Shown here: one piece after another, positions 38,232 through 46,970 of the stretch
How the letters are laid out: the number at the start of each line of letters is the position of its first letter
Numbering within the stretch: position 1 is the stretch's first letter
From: an uncultured bacterium
GTDB lineage: Bacteria > Krumholzibacteriota > Krumholzibacteriia > Krumholzibacteriales > Krumholzibacteriaceae
Length of the DNA: 64,000 bases
NCBI GenBank assembly: GCA_965371515.1
Contig: CBDUYR010000002.1
Location: forward strand, 60,151-124,150
Reading direction: 5' to 3'
Made by a program: the position numbers and the translations under genes
The notes under the pieces: generated by a model
The model's database searches: none
What the model saw: the letters and a program-made list of their open reading frames with translations, nothing else
Told to the model about the DNA's origin: nothing

Positions 38232-38963
38232 TCAGGGCTCGATGAGACCCTGTACGAGTTCGGGGACATTCCGGATGCTGCCCCTTCGGGAGCAGTATGC
38301 GATGTCTTTTCCGTATCCGAGTCCGATAAGCTGCCTGCCCCTGTCGGTTGACCGCATGTACTCCTCGATGTCGTCGCCGTACCTGTCGGCCAGGATCATG
38401 GCCATTGACGCGGAATCGTCGAGAGAGCTTGTGTCGACCGGCGGCAGGAGGGCGCCGAGAAGCATCCCCGCGCACAAAAGGTCCTCACCCGCTATCCTGC
38501 CATGGTTTCCACTGCATATGATAACGAGATCGCTCTGACCGGAGATCTCTTCCGCGACGGCATCCACGTTCAGGATCGAGCAAATGATCACCCTGCCCGC
38601 CTTGGAGGCAGCCGCCGCTATCGCGGGAGTACCGTTCGATGTGGCGAGGATTATCGTCCTTCCCGCTATCTTCTCTCCTTCGAGCTCGGAAGGCGAATTG
38701 AAGAGATCGAAGCCCTCTATAGGCATCCCCTTCTGCTCGCCGGCAAGGAGCTTGTCCCCCCTGTCGGAGAGGCTCACCAGTCTCGTGGCAGTCTCGATGC
38801 TCTCGACCGGCAGGATCCTCGCGGCACCGTTATCCAGGGCGGCCAGTATCGTACTGGTAGCCCTGAGGACGTCGATCACTACGACGACGGCCCCATGGTA
38901 GTTTTCACCGGTCGCCTCTCCGGCCGTCGCAAAGAACCGGATCCCGCCCTTTGTTGAGCTCAT
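38232..38963 (-). CDS. comB: 2-phosphosulfolactate phosphatase family protein
   Basis: VIDVLRATST, AGE, FD..NSP, TSNGT, ED...AG. Confidence 0.88.
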   Translation of the reverse strand: MSSTKGGIRFFATAGEATGENYHGAVVVVIDVLRATSTILAALDNGAARILPVESIETATRLVSLSDRGDKLLAGEQKGMPIEGFDLFNSPSELEGEKIAGRTIILATSNGTPAIAAAASKAGRVIICSILNVDAVAEEISGQSDLVIICSGNHGRIAGEDLLCAGMLLGALLPPVDTSSLDDSASMAMILADRYGDDIEEYMRSTDRGRQLIGLGYGKDIAYCSRRGSIRNVPELVQGLIEP

Positions 38964-40300
38964 CTTTCCGTCCTCTCAATGAACGAAGTGTCGAAATCAA
39001 CGCTTATGAACCGTTCGTGCCTGAGTATCCAGAGGTGAAACGAAATCGTCGTCGGCACGCCCTCGATCACGCACTCCTCCAGCGACCTGATCATACGGGT
39101 CCGCGCCTCCTCTCTCGTCTCGCCCCATGTGATGATCTTTGCGAGGAGCGAATCGTAGTACGGGGGCACTGTGTATCCGGCGTAGAGGTGGGAATCTACT
39201 CTGACCCCCGGCCCTCCCGGGGGATGATAGAACGTCACGAGTCCGGGGGCAGGCTTGAAATCATTCTCCGGATCCTCCGCGTTGATCCGGCATTCGATCG
39301 CGTGGCCGCTTATGCTGCAATGTCCTTCGAGCAGCGGGCTCTCCCCCGTCGAGGCGAGCCTTATCTGTTCCTTGATCAGATCGACTCCGGCGACCATCTC
39401 CGTCACCGGGTGCTCCACCTGGACCCTCGTGTTCATCTCGAGAAAGTATATGTTTTCTTCGGAATCGACGAGGAACTCCACTGTTCCTAGCGACCCGTAC
39501 CTGACATACTCGGCGCCCCTGATCGCATAGTCGAGTATCTTCTCCCGTGTTTCTTCGGAGATGCCCGGCGCGGGTGATTCCTCGATAAGCTTCTGGTGTC
39601 TTCTCTGTATGCTGCATTCCCGCTCGCGCAGATGAACGACCCGTCCCTTCCCGTCGCCGAATATCTGTACTTCGATGTGCCGCGGGCTCTCGAGATATTT
39701 CTCCAGATAGAGGCCGCCGTCACCGAAAGAAGCCTCCGCCTCCGCGCCGGCCGCATGTAATAGCGAGGACAGTTCTTCAGGTTCGCGGACGATCCTGATC
39801 CCCCTGCCCCCTCCACCCGCGACGGCCTTTATCATGACGGGGTATCCGATCTGGCCGGCGAGCTTCAAGGCCTCTTCCTCACCTTCGACAACGCCTTCGC
39901 TGCCGGGTATGATCGGAATCTCCGCCTCGTTCATCAACCTCCTGGCCTCCGACTTGTGGCCCATCTTCTCCATCAGCGCCGGAGCGGGCCCGATCCAGTC
40001 GATGTTGCAGGACATGCAGACCTCGGCAAAGTACGGGCTCTCGGCGAGAAAACCGTATCCGGGATGGATGGCGTCGGCTCCGGTGATCTCAGCCGCAGCA
40101 ATCAGCCTGGGAATGTTGAGGTAGCTCTCAACGGGCTGGGGCCCGCCGATGCATACATCCTCGTCGGCCAGTTTGACATGGAGGGATTCCGAGTCGGCCT
40201 CCGAATGCACGGCGACCGCCTTGATGCCCAGCTCCCTGCAGGCACGGATTACCCGCAGGGCGATCTCGCCCCTCGCGGCTATCAGAATTTTATTGTACAT
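38960..40300 (-). CDS. accC: Acetyl-CoA carboxylase biotin carboxylase subunit
   Basis: RGEIA, HPGYGFLAE, GGGGRG, RECSIQRRHQK, EMNTRVQVEH, YYDS. Confidence 0.96.
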   Translation of the reverse strand: MYNKILIAARGEIALRVIRACRELGIKAVAVHSEADSESLHVKLADEDVCIGGPQPVESYLNIPRLIAAAEITGADAIHPGYGFLAESPYFAEVCMSCNIDWIGPAPALMEKMGHKSEARRLMNEAEIPIIPGSEGVVEGEEEALKLAGQIGYPVMIKAVAGGGGRGIRIVREPEELSSLLHAAGAEAEASFGDGGLYLEKYLESPRHIEVQIFGDGKGRVVHLRERECSIQRRHQKLIEESPAPGISEETREKILDYAIRGAEYVRYGSLGTVEFLVDSEENIYFLEMNTRVQVEHPVTEMVAGVDLIKEQIRLASTGESPLLEGHCSISGHAIECRINAEDPENDFKPAPGLVTFYHPPGGPGVRVDSHLYAGYTVPPYYDSLLAKIITWGETREEARTRMIRSLEECVIEGVPTTISFHLWILRHERFISVDFDTSFIERTER

Positions 40301-40309
40301 AGACCCGTT

Positions 40310-41449
40310 CTAGAGTTCGCCGATGGAACTACCACCGACCGCCTCGGTGTTCTCGAAGTTATCCCAGGTCTTATCGCTCGTGGCCTGGATTCCCTTGAGA
40401 CGCAGAGCGAACTCGTGAGGGTTGGAACTGTTCTTCATCGCTTCTTCCATGCTGATTCTTCCGTCGGTCAGAAGCTGCATCAGCGACTGGTCGAAACTCT
40501 GCATCCCGTGGGATGAGACACCCTCCCTGATCGCCTGCTGAATCATGGGCGCTTTTTCAGGGTCAATAATATACTCCCGAATAGTGGATGTTACAACCAT
40601 AACTTCCACCGCGGGGACCCTGCCTTTGCCCTCTTTCACGGGTATGAGGCGCTGAGAGATCACAGCCTGTAGTGTAGAAGAGAGGAGATATCTGATCTCC
40701 TGGTGCTGATGGGGTGGGAAGAACGAGATGACGCGGTTGATCGTCTGTGTGGCGTCGATAGTATGCAGCGTCGACATGACCAGATGGCCTGTATCGGCCG
40801 CCATGAGAGCAATCTCCATCGTCAGGGCATCACGGATCTCTCCGACGAGGATGACGTCGGGATCCTGCCTGAGGATGTGCCTGAGCGCCTCGTGAAACGA
40901 CGATGTATCGCTTCCTATCTCGCGCTGGTTGATGATGCTCTTCTTGTCCTGGTGAAGGAATTCGATCGGATCCTCGATCGTGATGATGTTCTTGTTGGCG
41001 TTTTCGTTGATCTCCCTGACCATCGCGGCGAGAGTCGTCGACTTTCCGCTGCCGACCGTTCCGGTAACGAACATCAGCCCTCTCTGCATCATCGCCAGAC
41101 CCTTGAGCATCTCGGGAAGATCGAGCTCGTCGACAGACTTGATCTCGACGGGAACGTGCCTGAAAACCATGGCGATCGATCCGCGCTGAACGTAGAAGTT
41201 AGCCCTGAACCTGGCGAGGCCGGAGACGCCGAACGCGAAATCGACTTCCCGCGTGTTCTTGAAGCGATCCTTCTGGGGAGGCGTGAGGATCTGCTCAGCT
41301 ATCGCTTCCATATCCTTCGGAGCGGGCCTTTCGAAATCGAGATGGATCAGTTTTCCGTCGACCCTTGTCACGGGCGGAAGGCCCGCCTTCAGATGTAGAT
41401 CGGAGCCGCCTTTTGCAATCATTGCTTCGAGGATGCTCTTGATGTTCAT
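40310..41449 (-). CDS. pilT: PilT/PilU-family type IV pilus retraction ATPase
   Basis: SDLHL, RFRAN, GTVGSGKSTT, TIEDPIE, QREIG, RQDPDVILVGEIRD, TGH...TLH, GMQSFDQSL. Confidence 0.93.
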   Translation of the reverse strand: MNIKSILEAMIAKGGSDLHLKAGLPPVTRVDGKLIHLDFERPAPKDMEAIAEQILTPPQKDRFKNTREVDFAFGVSGLARFRANFYVQRGSIAMVFRHVPVEIKSVDELDLPEMLKGLAMMQRGLMFVTGTVGSGKSTTLAAMVREINENANKNIITIEDPIEFLHQDKKSIINQREIGSDTSSFHEALRHILRQDPDVILVGEIRDALTMEIALMAADTGHLVMSTLHTIDATQTINRVISFFPPHQHQEIRYLLSSTLQAVISQRLIPVKEGKGRVPAVEVMVVTSTIREYIIDPEKAPMIQQAIREGVSSHGMQSFDQSLMQLLTDGRISMEEAMKNSSNPHEFALRLKGIQATSDKTWDNFENTEAVGGSSIGEL

Positions 41450-41588
41450 CCCTGCACCTTCCCTTGAGCGATAAGTCGAAACGACGGCATTGCCCGGTTA
41501 CGACTAACGCATTATTATTCAACAAATTGTATCCTGACGCCGGAATCCGGAGCGATCCCGGTTGTGCTGGAAGGTAATTTTGCAAGTA

Positions 41589-42055
<467 letters not shown>

Positions 42056-42056
<1 letters not shown>

Positions 42057-42613
42057 TAAACCCGCTCTATGTATTTACCCGTCCGCGTGTCTACCTTTAG
42101 GACGTCGCCCGTCTCGATGAACAGAGGGACGGTCACAGTCGCCCCCGTCTCGAGCTTTGCCGGCTTGGAGCCTCCCTGTGCGGTATCGCCGCGTAGCCCG
42201 GGCTCCGTCTCGGACACTTCGAGCTCGACGAATGTCGGGAGTTCCACCGCTATGGGAGTCTCGCCGTCGAGCAGTACCGAGATCTCCATGCTCTCCTTCA
42301 GGTATGGGAGCAGGTCCTCGAGCAGGTCTCGGGCAAGCGGGAACTGCTCGTAGGTCTCAAGGTTCATCACATAGAAGAGATCGTCGCTCCTGTAAAGATA
42401 CTGGTAAGTATGCCTGTCCACGCGAACCTTGGTTATCTTCTCTCCCGCCCTGAAGGTCTTGTCTATTACCGCCCCTTCCGGGATCTTCTTCAGTTTCGTC
42501 CTGACAAACGCCCCACCCTTGCCGGGCTTAACATGCTGGAACTCCACTATGGAGTATAGCTGCCCGTCCATCCTCAGTATGAGCCCGTTCCTGAAATCGC
42601 TGGTATCTGCCAA
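42056..42613 (-). CDS. efp: Elongation factor P
   Basis: [36 protein letters not shown] start. Confidence 0.96.
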
Positions 42614-42627
42614 GGTTTTCCTTCCCT

Positions 42628-43614
42628 TTACTTCTCGCCGTCCATCGGATCGTCCTGCATCCCCTTGAGCCAGTTCCTGAAGTTGTCCATGCCTTCCCGT
42701 TCGCCTTCCTCGCCGGGCGCTTCCTCGGAAGGCTTTTCCTCAGTCGAATCCTTGCGATCGGCCTCCTCGAGTTCCCTCGCTACCGCCTCGAGCTCATCCT
42801 CGTCACCCGGTACCGAGCCTTCACGCACGATCCCGTCATCGTCACCCTCATCCTCCACGGGCGCTTCTTCTTTCTCGCTGTCCGGAGAACCAGTGCCCGG
42901 CCCGGCCGTGTTCTCTATCATGTCGTCGCTGATGTCGTCGATCGAGATTGACATCACCTCTTCGTCGAACGTCTTTTCCAGCTCCTTGTTCGACGATTCG
43001 ATCATAGACTCTATCTTTCCGATCATCTCTGAGGCTTCCTTGTTGTCCGGTTCCTCCTCGATTATTTCTTTATAGATCTTGAGGGCCTTGTTGTAGTAAC
43101 CCTGCGCTGCGTAGATGCCGGCGAGCGTCATCGTGGCCAGTTCGTCCGGCTGCCCGTCCTTCCTGATACTCTCGTGGTCACTGAGATCGATCTCCCTCTC
43201 GCGGAATTCATTCTCGAGCCCCTTGAGCCTTTCGGATACATCCTCGTTCGTCGGATCGATCGCGAGGATCTTGCGGTAGTACAATATCGACTGATCCCTG
43301 TCGCCCTCGGACATCAGGATATCGCCCATGAACTTCAGGGCTACCATGTTCTCCGAATCGATCTCTATCACGCGCTCGAATTCGGCGCGGGACCGCTCGG
43401 TCGCACCCTTGTCGTAGAAGCATTTTCCGAGTATAATATGCGCACTGGCGTAGTCGGGATACGCTTCGAGGCCTTTCTCGCAGAGCTCGATAGCCTTTTC
43501 CACGTCTCCGCTCTTGCGATATGCGTCGGCCAGTGGCGCGAAGATCCTCGACTCCGGAGCGCTGTCGTATCTTCCCTGCAGATGCTTTATCTCAGCACTG
43601 AGATCGTTGTTCAT
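42628..43614 (-). CDS. TPR protein with acidic low-complexity C-terminal region
   Basis: FAPLADAYR and TPR repeats, TMTLAGIY..QG, E/D-rich tail ending FRNWL. Confidence 0.8.
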   Translation of the reverse strand: MNNDLSAEIKHLQGRYDSAPESRIFAPLADAYRKSGDVEKAIELCEKGLEAYPDYASAHIILGKCFYDKGATERSRAEFERVIEIDSENMVALKFMGDILMSEGDRDQSILYYRKILAIDPTNEDVSERLKGLENEFREREIDLSDHESIRKDGQPDELATMTLAGIYAAQGYYNKALKIYKEIIEEEPDNKEASEMIGKIESMIESSNKELEKTFDEEVMSISIDDISDDMIENTAGPGTGSPDSEKEEAPVEDEGDDDGIVREGSVPGDEDELEAVARELEEADRKDSTEEKPSEEAPGEEGEREGMDNFRNWLKGMQDDPMDGEK

Positions 43615-43650
43615 ATACAGCCTTTCCGCTCTGGTCCCGATTCGGCTATC

Positions 43651-43680
43651 AGGCTATCAGAGGGTATATACCCCTGTCAA
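43651..43680 (-). promoter_or_regulatory. Promoter TTGACA-N18-TAGCCT with a palindrome in the spacer
   Basis: Perfect -35; GGGTATATACCC palindrome at 43662-43673. Confidence 0.55.
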
Positions 43681-43705
43681 GTGCAGTAAGACCGGAGTGC
43701 TGCCA

Positions 43706-44725
43706 TCAATTCACCCTGAAAGTCTCGGCCACGGCGACGGCCTCCCTGAGGAGCATGTGCTTGTTGAATCCGGGCGCGTAGACGAGGCAGTCGACGAGCC
43801 AGATCTTGCCCTTGACCCTGTCGTAGACAAAGAAACAGATGAAAGGCCCTCCGTACATATCCACACTGCTCTCCCAGTAGCCATCCATTCTGACTGCTGT
43901 GTACGGGCCGAACTCGTCGACACTCCATGACACGAGCTCGGGGCGCATCACTTCCTTGTCATGTATCCCGTATACGATCTTTGCCCGGAAATCATAGAGC
44001 GCCGTGGAATCGGACGGCGAAACCGACTTCTTGTTCCAGGAAAGCCAGGATATCGTAATCCCCCTGTGCGGATAATCCCTGATGATCTCCACACCGGGAA
44101 GACCTCCCCAATCCCTGTTCAGTTTGTAATCGTCCGGTACTCTTATGGCGAATCCGTATTTTGTCTTCAGGTCCGCCCCTGTCTCGTACTTCTCCCTGAG
44201 AAGGAGATTTTCCCTCAGCCTTTTCCTGTTCGCCTTCTCTATTATGTCGCGGATCAGCTGACCGTTCTCCTCAGTCACTTTCCGCAGTCTCTCGGGTGAC
44301 GATGCCGTAATGATCACGGTAAGCTGTCCCTTTACCGGATAGTCCATCCTCTGGAATATTTGGTTCTTCCCCTCGAGTACCTTTCTCACACTGTTTGTCC
44401 CGATAAAGTTCTCTATCAGCTGGCCTGTGCGCCCCTGCCTGACGACGCCATATATGACCATGTTCTTGGTGGGAGGTTCCCTGTCGAACTCGTACGCTGA
44501 GACCATGCGGAGCTTGAACTGGATCTCCAGCTTTGAATAGTAGTCAATGGGATGCTGCAGAGTCCTGATTATATCGTCGTTCGATCCCCCGGGTTCACCG
44601 GATTCGGTGACCAGTACGATATTGCTGTAGGAGCCGGGCGGGACAAAAATGGATCTGTTTCCGCAGGATGGGACCAGCAACAAAACACATGCCAGTAGGG
44701 CTGCCGCAAAGGGTCCGGATCTCAT
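43706..44725 (-). CDS. DUF4837-like lipoprotein
   Basis: AGGAGG RBS, VPSC lipobox, G.W......GGPF and YAPG..K..L motifs. Confidence 0.7.
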   Translation of the reverse strand: MRSGPFAAALLACVLLLVPSCGNRSIFVPPGSYSNIVLVTESGEPGGSNDDIIRTLQHPIDYYSKLEIQFKLRMVSAYEFDREPPTKNMVIYGVVRQGRTGQLIENFIGTNSVRKVLEGKNQIFQRMDYPVKGQLTVIITASSPERLRKVTEENGQLIRDIIEKANRKRLRENLLLREKYETGADLKTKYGFAIRVPDDYKLNRDWGGLPGVEIIRDYPHRGITISWLSWNKKSVSPSDSTALYDFRAKIVYGIHDKEVMRPELVSWSVDEFGPYTAVRMDGYWESSVDMYGGPFICFFVYDRVKGKIWLVDCLVYAPGFNKHMLLREAVAVAETFRVN

Positions 44726-44743
44726 ATCTACCTCCTGCATGGA

Positions 44744-44772
44744 AACATACGGGCAACCGCCGAAACGGGCAA
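44744..44772 (-). promoter_or_regulatory. Sigma-70-type promoter for the DUF4837-like gene
   Basis: TTGCCC-N17-TATGTT directly after the terminator. Confidence 0.5.
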
Positions 44773-44773
44773 G

Positions 44774-44801
44774 AAAAAAGGCGCTCCCGCCTGGAAGCGC
44801 C
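44774..44801 (-). terminator. Intrinsic terminator after the anti-sigma gene
   Basis: GGCGCTTCC-AGGC-GGGAGCGCC followed by TTTTTT on the minus strand. Confidence 0.8.
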
Positions 44802-44831
44802 GAATGGGGCTCTGGGGAATGATGTTACCGT

Positions 44832-45506
44832 TTATCTTTTTCCGCTTCGGCCGCCAGACCTCTGCTTAAGGAGCAGCCTCTGCATATATGTGTTCTGCAG
44901 CCTCAGTCGCTCGACCTGCCGCCTGAGGAGCTCGTTCTCCCGGAGCAGGTAATCCATCCTCGGATCGGAAGCCATGCTGAACGGGAGCTGTCTCGAAGTC
45001 TCCTCCAGTGGGACGTCTCCGAGGTAATCGTCCGAAACATACTGGATCCCCGCGGGGTACCCGGTCTGTGTAAAACGCACCTCGCCATGCTTCCCGGGAG
45101 CGCTCGTCCTGATCGTCTCCCGCGCGAGTCTCTCTCCGTCTGTAATGTCCCCGGCATCCCTTCCCGCCAGCATCCACGCCCCGGCCAGGGCAATAACGAG
45201 GGTCGCGGCGGTCGCAGCGATGAACTTCGATCCCCAGACCCATCCACCGACCTCGGCGGTAACCCTGCTCCGCATCGCTTTCGATTTCTCCATCGCGATC
45301 CTGCGCTTGAGGTTCCACTCGAAGTTCTCCGATACCTCGATCTCGCCCAGATTGCCGAGCATCTCCAGACACCCGTCCATCTCGCCGCAGAATTCAGCGC
45401 ATTCCGGGCACTGGTTCAAGTGCTCCTGGAGACGCATCCTCGCGGCCTCGTCGAGCGTTCCGTCACGGTTCCGGCAGAAGTAATCCCTTGCTGTCCTGCA
45501 TCTCAT
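44832..45506 (-). CDS. Zinc-binding (ZAS/zf-HC2) transmembrane anti-sigma factor
   Basis: HLNQCPEC (HxxxCxxC), one TM helix, C-terminal coiled coil; immediately downstream of the ECF sigma gene. Confidence 0.88.
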   Translation of the reverse strand: MRCRTARDYFCRNRDGTLDEAARMRLQEHLNQCPECAEFCGEMDGCLEMLGNLGEIEVSENFEWNLKRRIAMEKSKAMRSRVTAEVGGWVWGSKFIAATAATLVIALAGAWMLAGRDAGDITDGERLARETIRTSAPGKHGEVRFTQTGYPAGIQYVSDDYLGDVPLEETSRQLPFSMASDPRMDYLLRENELLRRQVERLRLQNTYMQRLLLKQRSGGRSGKR

Positions 45507-45507
45507 G

Positions 45508-46179
45508 TCAATTCCCCTTGAATCTCAGATCGTTACCCAGAAGCGGTGAAACCGCCTTCTTGAAATGCATCCTTCCTCGGTTGATCCGCGATCTGACCGT
45601 GCCGAGCTTCAGACCGGTCGTGGCCGCGATCTCCTCGTAACTCAGCCCGTTGATCTCCCTGAGGACAAATGCAGGGCGGTACCTGGAAGGTATCTTCTCT
45701 ATGGCCTGCTGGATCAGCTCCTGGAGTTTTTTCCGGTCCACCGTCTCCTCCGGTGTGGGCGACTTGTCCTTGATGTCGACCCATCTTCCGTCCTCTCCTC
45801 CGTTGTTCTCGGTCCACATGCTGATCGTCCTCGGCCTTCTCTTGATATTCCTTATCCTGTTCCTGACGAGGTTCGTCGCTATTGTGTAGAGCCATGTCGA
45901 GAACCTCGCAATTGTCCTGTACTTGTCGGCGTGCATATATGCTCTTACGAAAGCCTCCTGGACAAACTCTTCCGCCTCGCTCTCGTTCCCCAACATCCTG
46001 TACAGGTATGAGTACAGCCTGTTCTTGTATCTTCCGACGAGTATGTCGAACGCCTGGTTCTGGCCCTCCTGGACCAGCAGGATCAACTCCTCATCAGTTC
46101 TCTCGGTGAACCTCTTCCGGTTCCCCTTCAGCGGCTCGTGCAGGTTCAAACCTTCGTCTCCCTTATCCTTGTCCTTCAC
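45508..46179 (-). CDS. ECF RNA polymerase sigma factor (RpoE/SigW-like)
   Basis: AEEFVQEAF, FSTWLYTIA.N, GLSYEEIA, GTVRSRI.R; start GTG 46179 or TTG 46149. Confidence 0.93.
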   Translation of the reverse strand: MKDKDKGDEGLNLHEPLKGNRKRFTERTDEELILLVQEGQNQAFDILVGRYKNRLYSYLYRMLGNESEAEEFVQEAFVRAYMHADKYRTIARFSTWLYTIATNLVRNRIRNIKRRPRTISMWTENNGGEDGRWVDIKDKSPTPEETVDRKKLQELIQQAIEKIPSRYRPAFVLREINGLSYEEIAATTGLKLGTVRSRINRGRMHFKKAVSPLLGNDLRFKGN

Positions 46180-46186
46180 CAGGTTA

Positions 46187-46213
46187 CTACCCCGCTGCGT
46201 CCGACTTGTTCCA
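46187..46213 (-). promoter_or_regulatory. Candidate autoregulatory ECF promoter TGGAAC-N17-GTAG
   Basis: GGAAC -35 typical of ECF sigmas, directly upstream of the sigma gene. Confidence 0.55.
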
Positions 46214-46229
46214 ATTCAGTTCCTTTTTT

Positions 46230-46970
46230 TCACCGGCCGGCTTCCGAGGCCTCCCCGGATCTCCCGACCGACACTACGGTCATCGACAGCCTCTCGCTGC
46301 CTCCCATCCTCTCGCAGACTATCCTCTCCGGATAGCCTCCGAGCCTCCCGGTGGACTCGTACCTGTATCTTGCCTCGTAACATCCTTTTCCATCGACCGA
46401 GCAGATCCTGAGCCGTAACGGGCCTCTGCCATCCTCGCCCTCGATTTCGAGCTGACGCCCCCTCCACTCACCCGCAAGCGTCCAGCTGTCGCCTGAAACC
46501 GTCGACCGGGCGTTTACAATGTCTTCCCGTCGCGGCGCTCCGAGAAGCATGAATACGATCACGTCCTCCGGTATTATCTCAAACTCGAAATGTGTCGACA
46601 GATGTGCGAGCGTCTCGACGCTTCCCCTGAACACACCTCTTTCATGGTCCTGGATCGCGATCGAATCGCCGGCGACGTAGATCGTCGCGTCCTCCCTGTA
46701 CGAGCCAAAGAGGCTCGTGTGCACGAAATCTATCTGTACCGAACCGTCGGGCGAGCGAAAGATCGCGCATGTCCCCTTGATCCTGTATTTCGGCAGATCC
46801 AGTCTCACGCGGGCGATGATCTCGAGCTGACCGTCCGACATCGAGGCCTGAGGCGGGAAATACGCTTCGAGCACACCCTCGTCTGCGGGCACGGGTTGAC
46901 CGGCCGGCGGCGAGTTTGCACACGATCCCGCGATCATGAGGATGAGAACAATACTGGAAAGCCTATTCAA
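46230..46970 (-). CDS. Hypothetical lipoprotein, possibly LolB/DUF4292-like fold
   Basis: AGSC lipobox and beta-rich pattern; overlaps the 3' end of the TPR gene. Confidence 0.65.
   Translation of the reverse strand: MNRLSSIVLILMIAGSCANSPPAGQPVPADEGVLEAYFPPQASMSDGQLEIIARVRLDLPKYRIKGTCAIFRSPDGSVQIDFVHTSLFGSYREDATIYVAGDSIAIQDHERGVFRGSVETLAHLSTHFEFEIIPEDVIVFMLLGAPRREDIVNARSTVSGDSWTLAGEWRGRQLEIEGEDGRGPLRLRICSVDGKGCYEARYRYESTGRLGGYPERIVCERMGGSERLSMTVVSVGRSGEASEAGR

Noticed and set aside
42628..43000. Low-complexity GAR/GAY-rich stretch as a DNA repeat
   Set aside because: It simply encodes the acidic tail of the TPR protein; there is no periodic unit.
44750..44775. GGGCAACCGCCGAAACGGGCAAG resembling a c-di-GMP-I riboswitch
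   Set aside because: It lacks the GCAAA/GACGCAAAGC core and second stem, is on the wrong strand, and is explained by the promoter and terminator.
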